Shown here one piece after another: positions 1 to 13,900 of a stretch of 64,000 nt of DNA. Under the pieces are notes generated by a model. It was not told where the DNA came from and made no database searches. It saw only the letters and a program-made list of their open reading frames with translations. This stretch comes from Bilabrum cf. latius (taxonomy: Eukaryota). Both the position numbers and the translations under genes were made by a program. Each line of letters starts with the position of its first letter. Position 1 is the first letter of the stretch. The DNA lies in assembly GCA_965178125.1 (NCBI GenBank), contig OZ237751.1, forward strand, positions 248,001 through 312,000. The letters are read 5' to 3'.

Positions 1-1847
1 CAAAGGAAGTCTCCTTTGCCCACCCAGCCACAGGGGATGCCTCCTTTGTGTCGCGGGCGAAGGCCACCTGCGTCAGGCAGATGAGAGACTCGACAGCCAG
101 AGCAAAGGTTCCGTCAGCCATGTCCAGCAGGTGTGGGAGCACCCCTCCCTCCACGAAGAATTTCGCGTGCTGCTCCCCCCTGCCGGGAGGAGACACCAGG
201 TTGGCCACCACCCACATGGCCTGCTGCTTCAGCGCAATCACATCCACCGGGGCGGACGCACCGCCCACCAGTCCCCGGGCATTCACACTGGAGCTGCCCG
301 GCCCCTGAGGCACCGAGTGGTCCAGGCTTGGCACGGGCCCGGCTTGCCCCGCGCCTATTGCGCTCCTCGACGACTCCTCGGCTGCCTTCGCGGCGGGGTG
401 TTCCCCGGTTAGGATGCCCCTTACGGAGCGCATGATGGAAGGAACGGCCGCTACTGCCTCCGTGGGCGCATGGTGGCTCGTGACCCCGCAGCTGTTCCCC
501 ACAACGGTCAGCAGCGGTGCTGCCATCCTGGACGTCCTTGCGTGAAAGAGCGCATTCCCGGCCAGCCTGAGCCCCCCTTTGTTGATGAACTGCTTAAGGA
601 TATTGTCATGCACCTGCACGATCATTGCCAGCAGCTGGGCCGCTTCGGCGCCTATGGTTTCGTCCACTGGCCCAGAGGCATGGGGGCCAGCACCGCTGCC
701 ACCCTCCTTGCTCTCGCTTGCACCAGCACCAGCACCAGCACCGGCACCCTGTTTGAAGGCAACTCCCGCCATGGCAGCCCGCTCTGCTGCGGCCTTGCTC
801 ATGGTGACTCCGTCAGAGCCGCTCGCGCCCGCCTAGTGCGCGGCCGCCGGTCTCAGCCAGTAGAGGCAGAGGGCCACCACATCCAGCTCGAGGATGGTGC
901 GAGGCTCTAGCCCCGGTCCCCGCATCATGTTGGTCAGGGCCCAGAGGCACGTGCTGGCGAGAGAGATGGGCCGCTGGTAGGCGCTTCGCATGATGGCGGC
1001 GAATGCGCCTTGGGCCAGAAGAACGTCCCGCACTCGATCGAGAGAGGCGGCCATGGTGCCGAGCGCGTGCACGGCGTACTCTGCCATTACCTTGTGCTCA
1101 CCCTCGGCCAGGCGGATGATTTCGGGAGATACTTGCATGACGTAGTCCACGTGTTCGTCTGTGCCCGTGGCAAGCGTGTCCACGATCCAGACGGCTTCGA
1201 GGCAGTGGGCATCCAGAACCGAACTCCGCTGCTCGCCCCTGCCGCCCCGAATGAAGAACCGCAGAGCTTCGATCAGATTGAGGTCCATGACAAACTCCAA
1301 TGGCGGGTCATCGTCTTGCGTTATGGCGCGTCGGATCATCTGCAGCCCTTCCAACTGGTGCCTGGCCTTGGGGCCCCGGATTGCCTTGCGAGCTGCCTCC
1401 CGTAAGGCGTCTGGAGATATCGCGATGACTGGCTCAGGCCCTCTGCAAGGAACAATTCTTGAATGAGTTTTCAAAATTGCGTGTTTACGTGGTGAGAGGA
1501 GGCTGTCTGGGAGATCGTGTATCCGGGAACGAGCAGCACTCACCGTCGTCGAGTTCGAACCAGCCTCTTTTCCCGCTATAATCGAACCCGCTGTATGCTT
1601 TTGCTAGAGCGTGCCTACGAATACATTGAATCGATGAGTAACCCTTTGTTCGGTGCATTCCTAAAGAAAGCACTGGCTTGTGTGAGTCTGATGCAGCAAA
1701 TCACTTTCTCACTCGACGGCTTTCCTCTTTCGAAATTGTCTGTTTCACTTCGCTTCGTCTCTGCTCCAATACTTTCTGCGCTGCATCACCTCGGCCACTC
1801 ATTGGCTAGAAGCCCACAGATGCCTCCAAAGGCCTGCCAGATGACAT
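1..1847 (-). CDS. Importin-alpha-like armadillo-repeat protein with IBB-like basic N-terminus (TMCO6/importin-alpha-like); 3' end runs off the window
   Basis: ORF 833-1543 has ARM-like repeats (LEAVWIVDTLATG, AVHALGTMAASLDRVRDVLLAQGAF, TCLWALTNMMRG). The frame continues past TAG 833-835 (AGASGSDG...AEAAQLLAMIVQ...PLLTVVGN). The ORF 'start' GTGAGT at 1543 is a splice donor (intron about 1443-1543). Upstream exons give KEESRR...SIQRVRL(TAG)REKRLVRTRR. The start ATG and first intron are tentative. Confidence 0.65.
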
Positions 1848-1963
1848 TCGAATCCAAGCTTGGGTGATGACGAGTGATTTTGAAACGGTTTAGGGCAGTC
1901 GCACGGTTGTAGATTGAAAGCTGTTCAATGCTTACAATATTCTGTGCATCTCGGTGCTCTGCA

Positions 1964-3108
1964 TCACATCCATCCACCTTTACCACCACCGACCCCACCC
2001 CCTTGGCCCTGACCCCCCCTCTCAAAGTACCCCTTCCGCGTCGCTTCCTCCGCCAGCATGGACTGCACCTCGTCTGCACTGTCACCCCCTCGACCACCAC
2101 CCCATCCCCTGGCCTCTAACGCATCCTGCTACTGGCTGCCGCCGCCGCCCCCTCCCATTCCCACCGTCTCCAAGAGCACGTGCTCCGCACCCCGCTGCGC
2201 GGACTCATGCCCGAAATGGGGGGGCACGCACAGCCGGGGCCGCACAAACCTGTCCATGATCCGGTGCACAAATGTGTCCAGCGGCTCCACGATGAGCGGG
2301 ATGGTGGAAAGCCCCACCACAGTGGGAAGGAACCGCCGCACCATGGGGTGGCCGTGCAAGGTCCTGGCGGTGGCCCGCAGGGCCTGCATGCCGGGAGACT
2401 CTGCTCGCAGCTAGGCGGCACTGGCCGTCGTGCTGGACTGTGCAATCGGCTCTAGAGCTTCCACTCCTGCCTGAGTGGCGGCCACCACCCGGTTGATGGC
2501 AAGGCCAGGCAGCGCTACGGAAGCGAAGCCCTGCCACAGGAGCGTATCGGCCGCGGCCGCAGCCGGTGTAGGCGGGGCTGTTCCATGGTCTGCACTGCTC
2601 AGGCTGTCTCGAAGAAGCTTGACGTGCTGAATCGTTTTCTCCGTGACCTATGGGCTTTCATCCTTTGCTTGCTGAGCCTTACGGTAGTCGTCCTCCGCCG
2701 AGCTGACCATATCGCGGACTCTACTGACTTGTTGGCAACGCTGCGTGGAAATTCGGTCCGAACAATAGTGTTTGCTGTGTCAAATGTGCTACTTCTGCAG
2801 TGTGATCCGTCCAGAAGCTCATACACGTGGTATCTTACCGCCTATGCTTTGGTCGTTTTGTCGTATGTGTCGCACAGGACATACCCCGCAGCAGCGATGT
2901 ACGAAGGGTAGTATATTTGAGGGAGTACTGGCTTGAATGCCTCGCCGAGTTCGTTTGCGTATCCAAGGTACCTGAGAGCAGTGTCCCTCCAAATGTCTGT
3001 GCTCTGCACCGATGAATCATCGCTACCCTGCGACTTTGCTCCGGCAAACTCGTACTTATCCCAATCACAATGCAATTTTGAACTAGAGGTGTCCGTATTC
3101 TTTGCCAT
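1964..3108 (-). CDS. MTFP1: Mitochondrial fission process protein 1 (MTP18/MTFP1 family)
   Basis: Family motifs DIWRDTALRYLGYANELGEAF, YVLCDTYDK, DTLLWQGFASVALPGLAINRVV, PTVVGLSTIPLIVEPLD. Intron 2741-2838 (GTAAGA...CGCAG). In-frame TAGs at 2842, 2648, 2411 and 2129; ends at TGA 1964-1966. Confidence 0.85.
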
Positions 3109-3445
3109 TATGGGATATATCGCTGCAAGTGCGAGCTGGGCGACCTGAAATTGAGCCAAGCCCAGGAGACGCTGACGAATGCGCTATAAATCGCAATATT
3201 TTGCTTGAATAAAGCTAGTATCCTGATCATAATCAAAGCGAATGATTTATGCTGTATTGACTTCTCGTGTCGGTTGCCCAAGACGCTACAATGCCTTCAC
3301 TGTGCTCAGCTAGAGCTCGGATCCTGGTGGGGAGCAACTGCTCTCAACGCGGGTGAGCTCAATTGTGCTCGTACCGTGCAGCCCCAACCACCATCATGTC
3401 CTACCAACATGCAAAGATCCTACCCTGCGATGCCTGATTCCCGCC

Positions 3446-6400
3446 TCATACCTCTGCAGCAGATTTTTGGCTTGCTTTCTCGTCGTTACCCCCGGAGGGA
3501 GGGCCGCCTTCCTCGAGCTGCCGAGACTTGCCCGAACTCGAAGCCAGCTCCATTTCGGCGGCGCGCCTCTGCTTGTGTGCCTGCTCAACCAGGTCGGTTC
3601 CGAAGAGCATATCGCTCAAAAACACGTAAAAGTCCCCGTCGGGGTACTGCTCGGGCCCGAATACGATGAGCATGGGCGGCAAAAAGAGCATCGTGTACAG
3701 GAACGCGATCAGGAGGCTCAGGAAGAGCGTGGACCCGAAGATGGTGAAGAAGGGCAGCGCTGCTCCGAACAGGAAGCTGGATGAGATCAGGCTGGTGCTC
3801 GCTCCCCCCACGATGGACACGCCGAGCTCCAGGAGGGCGTACCTCGTCCTGAAAAAGGTCCCCTTGGCCCTGCTGGTCGCGTACGAGATGATGATGTGGG
3901 TGGAATAGTCCACGGACAGCCCTACGAGAACCGACGCAGAGATAGACTCCACGAAGTCCAGCTTGCGTCCCAGCGCCACGAACATGCCGAGGATGCCCAG
4001 CACGATGCCAGCCACCATCACCAGAGCGATCAGAGCAACGCGCCAGTTCCCGCTGGACACCAGCAGGCACACGGCAGCGACCGCCACCGATGCTCCTACG
4101 GCCTACCACGTGGCCTGCACCATCACGTTGCTGGTCTGGAGGAAGGCAAATCGGAAGCTGGAAGTGAAGCCCTTGTTGTACCCCTACTCGGCCTCGTCGT
4201 TGACATCGTCAAAGTGCTCCGTCCATGCGTCGTAGTGCCTCTGCTGCTCCACCCTCCCTGGGTTGAAACTGATCGACATGTTGAACCTGGACCGGATGAA
4301 GAGCAGCTCGTCGCCCGCCTGCCCCGTCACCCCACCGAAGAACTCGCCCACGAGGTCCTTGACCGGGAACTGGGAGACTGTGGCCACCGACACGGGGTCA
4401 GAGGCGTTATAGTTGGGATCCTGGTAGGTCTGCGAGAAATTCCACATCGCGGAAGCCATCTGCTCCTTGCCGGTGTACGCCTGCACAGCCCCAAACTGCT
4501 CCCGCTGCCAGTCCACGAACATCTGGACCGGACAAAACATACCGATCCCGCCGGCCAAAAAGAATGGCGAGGAGTCGTCGGCTGGGTTGAACCGGAGCCC
4601 GACCAGATCCTGGCATACCCCCGCCAGATGCTCCTGCGCTGCCACGCTGGTGGGGTTAAACTCTTGGTCGTACCGCACAGAGCCGACGTTGTTTTCGTCG
4701 TTCGGGTCGATGCCGCTGCGGTCGAGCGGCCTGCCGGGGTCCACGCCCCAGATGCCGTTCACCTCCGCTCCCGACCCCTGGCTCTCGGATGGCCTGAACT
4801 TGGGCTGCAGAATCTCCACGATCTGATAGATCTGGCTCTCCTCGGGAAGGCCGACCTCCTGCTCGTCCGGACCCTCGAGGTACGCAGCACCCACAGCCGA
4901 CAGCACGAGGAGACAGAGGAATAGGCCCAGCAATGGGAACCTGAAGTTGTGCGTGAAAGGCGCCCAGTACTTGTAAAAGAACTGCTCGATGCTGCGGAAG
5001 GAGCTGATGTCTACTGCACGGTGTGTCGCAGTCGAGGTGTCGTCGCCATCGCCGCCTGGCGCTTGGCCTGGCGCACTGGCCCCACTGGATCCCGCCTGGG
5101 CAACTGCAGCTGCCGGCAGTTTCTTGGATGCTTGGGACTGCAGGGGCTCGGGGGCCCACACGTCGACCCCTTCCTCTCGCTTCCTTGCAGCGGCCTCGTG
5201 CGCCTTCCTTCGTGCTTTGGCTGCGTTCTTGAGCGACTGGCTGGCCTCTGAACCAGGCTTCAGCGCCTCCTCATCGATGCGGCGCTGCTGGGCGTACGTG
5301 TTCCAGCACGACAATCCGCAGCAGTCGTTTCCGCAGTACTCGTCCGGCAGCTTGCTCCTGCAGCAGCACTGCTTCTCCATGCCCCACAGGTGCCAGAGCA
5401 CCACAAAGGCCGCGAACGTCGTGATGGTGTGGCAGTACACGGCAAGCACCATGAGGCTTGAGAGAGTGCCGAAGGAGGCGATCGCGGGGATCGGTGACGC
5501 ACTCGTCACACCGAACGCCACCGCGGTGGTGAGGGATGTGACGAACATCGCGTTTGCCGCCCGGGACCAGACCCAGTCCACTCGCTGGGGGAGGCCCTCG
5601 TCGCCCTTGGGCCCCACCTCGCTCTCGGGCTCGTGCTCGGACTGCTTCCAGGCGTCCAGCATCACGAAGATGTCATCTGTGGGGCGATCGGGCAAACGCA
5701 GAAACTGACAAAAAGGATGGGGGCTTCATGCGGGCGACGGTGCGCTCTGCAGATGGTGCCACTATGCAACTGTGGGAGTGGTCAATTTGCTCACCTGCAC
5801 CAATGCCGAGGATGATGAAGATGGCTAGCAGGTTCAGCTGGGGGCTGATCTTGATGCCCAGGATACCGTGGTAGATCGCCAGCGCGCAGGGGTAGCTCCA
5901 GGCCACACCAAGCACGCCCACGACTGCGATGATGGTGCTGCCGGTCTGCATGCCCACCACCAGAGCGACACTCACGCCAGCAGCGGCAGTCAGCAGCAAG
6001 TCTCCCTGCACGAGTCGGCTGATCTCCACGGAGGAGAATCCGTCCGAGTAGTAGTTGGACTTGAACGTCCTAGGACTGGCGTCCTGCAGGAAATCCAAGT
6101 ACTGGGTGGACCACTCCTGTACCTCCTCCTGCTGCTCGTCCTCCTTGTCAAGCACCGTGTTGTAGTCGGGCAGCGGGCCACCGAAGAATAGGTATACCTG
6201 CGTGTACTTGGCCTTGTACACAGGCGGGCTCTGCTCCACGCCCTCAAAGAACTCGGCGCTCACGAAGAAATCGGAGCCCCCGGGCCACTCGTTCTCGTAG
6301 GCCTCCCGCAGCCGCTGCTCGACGAGCGCGTCCGTCAGGTTGGCCACATCAGCCGAGGTGAATGGCTCGCCCTGAAACACGATCACCTCAAGGGGGCTGT

Positions 6401-7161
6401 AGAAGGACGCGCACTTGCCGTTCAGGTACGTGGGCTTGTGGCAGTAGTCTGGGAAATCGTCAATGGTCTGCCCCTGGAATGAGGGCGGGTTCTCGATCTG
6501 GTCCTGGTCGTAGGGGAAGCTCGAGGGGCCCAGTGCCTGCTGGTAGGCGTGCAGCTCCTGCATGGTGGCTGCAGTGAAGAAGTTGTCGCTCCTCGAGGTC
6601 ATGATGAACCAGTTAAGGTACTCCTGCGGTAAGTGAGATAAACTTAAATGCGCGGGTTGTACGTGGAAGAGAGTGGGCGGCGGGTCGGGCATGAGGGTGC
6701 GTCGACGCACGCACAGGGCTTTTTTACTGCATGCGACCTGCTCGGCTCACCGCTTGCGACAGTGTGGGTTGCGAGGACACTGCTGCTTCATTAGAGTCTT
6801 CGATGATGGCGGATAGCACTTGCCTGTGGAGGAGCATGGCGAGATTGTTGTTCGGTGCGTTTCGGGGACAAATCGGGGAAAGTGCGGCGACTCGTCGCGG
6901 ACGCGGGTATGCGACCACCGATTCGTTACCTCACGCTTGGGCAACAGCCGGCTCGTTCAGCGCAAACAACTGGCCAGGGCTATCAGCTTCGGAATCGCCA
7001 GTATCTAATAGTCCTGGAGTAAAAGATAGCGCTACAAACAGCAGCATCAACACAAAGCCACCGGCGAACACGAGCAGCGGCTGTGTTGCGATGCATCCAG
7101 TGAATGCCCTCCTAGCTTGCACCACGACGTTCTCATCACTTCCAGACCCACCAGCCTGCAT
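3446..7161 (-). CDS. Dispatched/Patched-family RND (sterol-sensing domain) membrane protein
   Basis: FIILGIGA|DDIFV, AMFVTSLTTAVAF, LVGLSVDYSTH, FFTIFG and many TM helices. Introns 6824-6934, 6624-6750 and 5677-5794. In-frame TAGs at 4184 and 4103 join ORFs 4184-5695 and 3446-4087; ends at TGA 3446-3448. Confidence 0.88.
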
Positions 7162-7492
7162 GTTCGGCTGACTTGAAGTTTGCTAAGTTGTATTGGACAT
7201 TGGGCTTACTCGGCCACCTGCCTGCGCGCTAGCAAGAGGTGCGTTGTGATCGACAACGATCGATGCACCAAAGCTGCCTGTGGTCCGAGCACCTGGCGTC
7301 ATCATGATAGCGAGTCTGAAAGTAGTCAACATGCAGTATGCTTCTCACCATATAGCGCGAACCAGAGCTGCTTCTGTTCTGAAGTGCAAAGCTGAAGTGA
7401 CACACAAGACCCAAATGAACCGCTTAGCGCCGCGCAATAACTCTCAGCGGAACCTCACGCCGGCGGGTCGGGTCAAACCATTTCTCTCCAGC

Positions 7493-10400
7493 ATGATTGC
7501 GTGCCTCGTGTGTCTTGTATGTTTTACACTTGCACTAGCATCGCCCGGATCTGTTAGTCTCGTGACCTCGAGTGATAGCTGGGTCGCAGTTGAGGTGAAA
7601 CAAGGTACAGCAGGCTATCGCGTCGTAGTCTCCAGGACCAATGGTGCACTGCTTGCAGTCCAGAATTCGGTGTCTAGACCGGTCAGTACATCAATGAATG
7701 TTTCGATGGGATCGCACAACTAGTGCTTGTGGGGTATGTTCGACTCGGCGCAGGGTAGCTACGTTGGTGGCTGCAGCTTTGGTGGCAGCTCGCAATTTAG
7801 CATGCATTGGAATGGTCAGCCAGTAGGTTTACTGACCCAAGAGGCATTTAATTCATCTGTTGGTACGCTGTAGCTGATATACAACGACACGGCTGCTGAC
7901 AGCACTTCAGATCAACAGCAGAGCTCCATCGGGGCTGCGGGGACACTCGTGGAAGTCAGCTTCACGTTCAATGCCTCGGTTGGCTTTGGTGGCAGCACCA
8001 GCAAGTCCAACAAGAATTCGCCCGCACCTTGGTTTGGCGCATCGCTCCGGGTGCACAGCGCCCCGGACGGCGTCTCGCCCTCGAGCCCGCTCACCACGCT
8101 CGCCTTCCCAAGCGAGCTCCTCTTCCCGGGGAACAGCACCGCGGGGGCCACGATCCCATTCCTCCCCGGCGCGCGGCTGCGGAGGGGGTTCTTCGGCCGG
8201 CTCCTGCCGGGGTCGGGGTCGGGGTCGGGATCGAATTCGCAGGAGGAGCAAGTGCTCGGGAGCGAGCAAGGGGAGGGAGCAATCCCGCGGTGGACGCTCG
8301 ACTACCCGGGCCGCGGATGCTTCGCCGATTTCTGGCACACTGCGATCGATTCTCCTAGCAGCGATTCGAACCGTGCGAGCGTTGGCGAGGACCAGGACCC
8401 GTCGGGGGGCCCTGGGATGGCCGTGTTCGGGGTCGCTGGCCCCCGCGAGGTGCAGCCAGCCTCCTTCGGGCCGGTCAAGGCGAGCACGCCGGATGGCTGG
8501 TTCTTGAGTAGGACCATGCCGATCAACCTGACTCGGCCGGGGCCAGTGTCCGGCCCCGAGTCCCCCCTGATGTTGCCCAGTGGGGGCTCCCAGTCTGGGA
8601 CGGCAGGCACCGCAGTCTCGCCCAAGTCTCCGTGGATCAACACGGGCATCTGCATCGGCGACTATGCCGGCTGCCTCGAGTCCATGGCTCAGGCCAATGG
8701 CCTCAGGGACGAAGATGCTTACCCACCGCTGCCCGCCCGCTTCGAGTCCTCCCCCTTCCCCGCCGACAAGAAGACGCAGAGGCCCGTGCAGCGGCCCGCG
8801 CTTGCGGAGTGGCTCAAAGCACCGCTCATGAAAGCAGACGCGCTGGCGCTGGGCGGCATCCCCTTCAGCCAGTACGGTGAAAAGGTTCTTCCGAAGCTGC
8901 CCTCTCCCTGCATCCTGCACCTCGCCGCGTACGAGCCTCATGGATTCGACCGCTGGTACCCGGACATGATCCCACCTGCACAGCAGCTCGGCAGCACCTG
9001 CGACTTTAGGAGCATGCAGCAGCTGGCCAACTCGCAGTTTGGACTCATCACCATGCCGTACACCAACCCCACGTGGCTCGACCCCCTCGCGCCCACGCTG
9101 CAGAGCCTGCCCCAGCACGGCCTCACCCTGTCCGACGTGTGCGCGCTCAACGGCACCCTGCAGCCGTTCGTGGAGTCGTACGGTCCCAATTCGGGGGTGG
9201 TGTCGGAGCCCAGGCACCCTTTCATCTCCTCGAGGATGCATGAGCTCGTGCTGCAGATGACAGCCAACGGTACCGTTGCCGAGGAGGGCATCCCCACTGG
9301 AGGACTCGACCAGTGCGGCGGAGTCGACTCAGATATGCTGTTCGAGGACCAGATCTCGGCCAGGCCACCCATCCCGGACAGGCAGCTCCTCGCGAGGGAG
9401 GCCCCCCTCCACGGGTGCCCGGGGCAGGCGCTCCTTGGTCCCATCTCGGAGGCGAGTCATGCGCATGCTTTGGCCCCGTCCTCCGAGACGTGCTGGTTCT
9501 TCGGGGGCGGGCCGGGTTACCTGGACGGGTGGAGGCTGCACGTGGCCAACCACAGCGACAGCCCCCCACTGGCTGCCGCATCGGTAGGCACGGGCAACGA
9601 GGGCGCCAGTGGGCGCTCGATTCTCCTCCACAGCGAGCAAGGGTTCGACCGGCTGATCGGCAGAGGCGGGGTGGCATCCTCATGGGGTGCCATCCTGGGC
9701 GCGCAGCAGAACGGGCAGACCGCCTCGTGGTTCGGTGCGGACTCCATGGACGTCTGGCAGCCGGTTCCGCTGGCGGAGCAGCTATTGCGCGGCGCCGCAG
9801 TGTTCTCCCAGCACGACCTGAGCATGACCACGTTCTCGATCGACACGGACCAGCTGGCGTGGGCCGTGGGCATGGGCATGCACACGAGCCTCTCGTCCGC
9901 GTACAAGTTCGACCAGGGCTGGGCCGACGGCGTGGCGGATCTGCAGCGGCTGGTGCTGTCCAGGTACGCCTGCGACCGCGTGGTCTCTTTCGATTTCATG
10001 CAGGGCACTGCGGCGCGGCCAGACGAAGAGAGTCCGGCGTCGTTCCCCCTGTGGCGGCTTTAGCTGGAAACTGCCACTGTGATTCGGAACCAGGACTCGG
10101 GCGCCGCGCATGTGGTGCAGTTGGAAACCGAGTACTCTAACGTGACGCTTGAGTACGGCCTGGCCGAGTCTGGGTTCGGCCTGCAGTGGGCTCGTCCGGG
10201 GCCTGGGGCCCGGCAGCCGGTCCAGGCGTGCCTCGAGGAAGTAGAGGCGGCCGCGAGGCCAGGCAATGAGGCTCTCTTTGCCCCTGGTAGGAGAAGCGTG
10301 GGGCTGTGGGCGGAGGGGAGGGCGGGTTCTGCCGTGGCCGGGGCATTCCAGGAGCGGTACGGTGGAAGTCAGCTCAGCGCGGGGAGCCACGTGCTGGTCG

Positions 10401-10762
10401 AGCTGCGCGGGGTGGCGTGCGGTAGCTCTGCTTCATCTTCATCTTCATCTTCCGCGCCGAGCAAGGGTGCCCTCACGGGCCCGATGTGCATCCTGGTGCT
10501 GCAGCCCAGCGGCAATTCGACTTCCTTGCGAGTGGCCTGGGACCCCAGCTGGCCCACGAGCGGTGCGGCGACGGGGGTGGTGGTGGTGGCGACACCCGTG
10601 GGGCGGGATGGCAGTCCCGTGGGCCCGGGTCACGATGCGGTCCTGGAGCCGCCGCAGGGTACTCAGCCTGGGTTTGCTACGTTCCAGTGGAACGAGGCCG
10701 TGGCTGCTCCTGGGGGCGAGCAGGCCGGCAGGCCTTGGGGTTACCTCCTGTCCGTGGCATGA
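7493..10762 (+). CDS. Secreted protein with an uncharacterised bacterial-type, putative glycoside-hydrolase-like domain (DUF6259-like from memory)
   Basis: Signal peptide MIACLVCLVCFTLALA. A single frame runs through TAGs at 7721, 7871 and 10061 to TGA 10760-10762. Motifs LHLAAYEPHGFDRWYPD, MPYTNPTWLDP, MLFEDQISARP, HSEQGFDRL. No intron is needed. The family call is uncertain. Confidence 0.6.
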
Positions 10763-10970
10763 ATTGGAAGAGGGGGGCCTCTGAGTGAAGCTGTCCTGCG
10801 TGTACTGCGTCGAGTTTGTCTGCTAGGCTATCTTTTGACGCCCTTTATATCCAGTGGGCGCGGTCAGCTGGGCGATTGAACGCTCATGATGATGATCTCT
10901 GCTGTGTGCGGAACGACCCGGAGCCAGCGAGAATCTTCACGGGTATCTTTTGTTCGACACAAGCATAACC

Positions 10971-13900
10971 ATGAATGATCTGCACTTCCAGGTAATTGGG
11001 TCACAGTCTTCATACGTATGTCCTGCGGTAACTGTTGTGAGCAGGCTAGATAGAACTTTGGTTGGCATCCCTGGAGCCACCCAAAGAATGAGCACTTCGC
11101 TTCGAATGAGGACGGCCAATTCCAGATCCGTGCTACTTCCGGGGGCTTCAACGCCCGGACAATGCAATGGTCTAAGTGGTTAGTCTAAATTATGTGCCCT
11201 GATTGAGGCGCAACCTTTCAATCTTGAATGCAACACATTCGTTTTTGGCGCCCATGCGAAGAACTCACTCACGCAGGCATGGTGCTGCAGCTGAAGGGTA
11301 GCAGCAAAGGAGCCGGGTACAATGATGGAAACGACCCTACAATTGGGGCTGCTGATGTCGGAGTCGATGCCATTGGACCGCATGGAACTGCGGATTGCGT
11401 CTATGCGTTGTCGTCTTTCATCAAGCGGCAAGGGTTCCAAGTCCGCTGCCACGAGGTTCCAGCCGCGGTACGTGCTCCTACATCCTCAATGGTAACCACA
11501 GCCGTAGCATCGATGAACCTGCCGCCTCTCATTCGCATGCAGCAAATGGCCATCCAGACCATCCCGAGCCCTGCGGCCTCGACGGCAGCCACCTAGCCCG
11601 GACCGCACGGGGCTGGTTATGCTGGACGAGAGTCATTCAAGGCCCCCCGTCTATTCCCTGACCTAAAAGCGCGCTGGCTCACCGCTGGGGGTGTCCCAAA
11701 GCCTGCCGCCGTCCCGATCCCCGAATCGACAGCACCAGCGCCGCTCGCCCCAGAGATGGGGGGACCCTCTGCATCGAGCGCTGCTTCGAGCGAGGTGAAA
11801 CTGCCAGAAACAGCCAAGCAGGCCATTGGTCACGTTGGCGGCCCTCATGCCAAAGCTGCCGCACAGTCCCCTACCCCGGCCGGTGCCTACCCCGCCCCGA
11901 TGCAGGCGCTGAGTGCCCCGCACTCCCCCACCCATCCCCAGCACTGTTCCTTCGCAATCGTCACACCTCCCAAGCCGGGCAAATTCGATGCCAGGGCAGC
12001 CATCAGGGCAGGGGTCCCAAAGGGGGCGGCATTTGGGAAGCTGGCGAGGGGCGAGGCAGTGGAGGTGGACGCCCCAGGTGGGTCCGGAGCCAAGGTGGTG
12101 GTGCGGCCACAGGACGTGATCGGGCCATCGCAGCCGGGCAGCTGCGTGCTGTTCTTGCGATGCGGTGGAGAGGAGGACGGAAGCTTCTCTGAATCGAAAG
12201 AGGACCCCGAGCGGGCCCCAAGCGCTGCAGCCGCAACAGATGTAGATGCAGATGCAGGCTAGATGGTGGGCGTGAAGGGAGCGCATTCTCTCACTCGTCG
12301 CATCAAAACATGGGCCAGACAAAGCTACTGGTCGTGTTGGAAAGAGTCGGCTGCAACAGGCTCCCCGGTTGCCGTGCCACAGACGGGGCTGACGGTGGGA
12401 GCAGGGACCGACCAGGCAGGAGCTGATCCGGCGCAAGCTCAGGCCGCTGCAGGCAGCAGCCGCACGGCGGAAGCATCGCCGGCGTGGCAAGCCCGTCTAG
12501 TTGCCGTGGTGCATTTGGACCCGGTAGAAATTGTTTCCAGGCCAGAGTACGTCGCATTCGCTCGGTCGCTAGCTGCGCCGTGGCAGTCTGCTCCGGCGCA
12601 GCAGCCGCCCATGGAATCAGAGTCAGAGTCCGCGAGTGGCGCGGGGGCGGCGGGTGATTCGCATCTTCCGAGTCGCCGAGACGGCGTGCTGCACATGTTT
12701 GCGCACCCTAGCTGCATGAGTGCCCGCCGGCGCCGGCTAGGGTGCGCCAGGGTGCTGCCCGGGTCTGTCAGCGCCCAGCTCATCGCGCATCACGTGCTGT
12801 GCCCGGCTGCCTTCCCGTTGCCCAGAATCCTCAGGTCTGCTGCAAGGCCCGAATCTGCGAGCAGCAGCAGCGACTCGTCCGGCCTGCCGTTCGACAGCGA
12901 TGCCGCAGCAGCGATTCACGCCTGCCTCTCTGCAGCCGCGAAGGGAGAAGTGGTACGGCAGGATCCGGAAGAGGCTGGGCTTGCCACCCGCATGCTGGAG
13001 ATAGGACTGCCTTCGGGCGCTGTTGCAGCCGAATCGTACGCCTCTGTCGACCTACGGGCAGGCGCCAGCTCCTTGGAGCAGCGACTGGTGAGAATCCCGT
13101 CCAAGTCCACCGGCTGGTCGGGAGCGCTGGCAGTCGGCAGCGTGAGGTACCCCTGGCCGGCCTCAAAGGCTGTGCTGCAGGCAGCTCTAGACAGCCTGCG
13201 AGCTGCATCTGGTGCGCCAGCTCACGTCCACAATCCATTAGAAAGACACTGCGACAACGTCGCGAAAGCTGCAATCGCAGCTCTGCAGGAATCCGCCAGC
13301 CACGATAAGGAGCAGGTGGCCGTGGTGGATGCCCCGTCAGTGGCTGCTCGCGCAGGCCAGGCCTAGAAAGAGATGGAGCTGGTCGAGAGGACGACGGCGG
13401 CATGGGCGGCAGAGGGGGCGCTGTTCACCACCCCGCCGGGGATGAGCACGAACCCCACCCTCCTGCCGTTCGCGCCGGCTAGCAGACCCGCAGGCATGGA
13501 CGCTGCAACGGTGGGCCCCGACGGAGAGATGCCGGCCGATGCATGCCTGCTGTTCCTCGGCACCAGCAGCGCGGTCCCCTCCAAGTATCGAAACGTGACC
13601 TCGATGCTGCTTGTACCATCGGCCTCGGCTCGTGTGGTGCTGCTAGACTGCGGAGAGGGTACCCTTGAGCAGCTGGAGGCGATGCTGGGCCACGAATCGG
13701 AAAAACAGGATCTATCTGAAACCTCTGCTGATGAGTAGGGTAGATCGTCTGGCGCAGAGCCACTCATGGATGAAGGCAGGCCTGACCATCTGCCTGCTGA
13801 TGCTACTGGTGCCCCGTTTCATGCCAGCCTGCCAGCTACGGTAGAGGACGTGCTGCGGCGGCTGGGCATCGTGTGGCTGTCGCACCACCACGCCGACCAC

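Noticed and set aside
7907-9444. Long antisense or overlapping ORFs in GC-rich genes
   Set aside because: These are expected shadow ORFs of high-GC3 coding sequence, with Arg/Pro/Gly-rich translations and no domain motifs.
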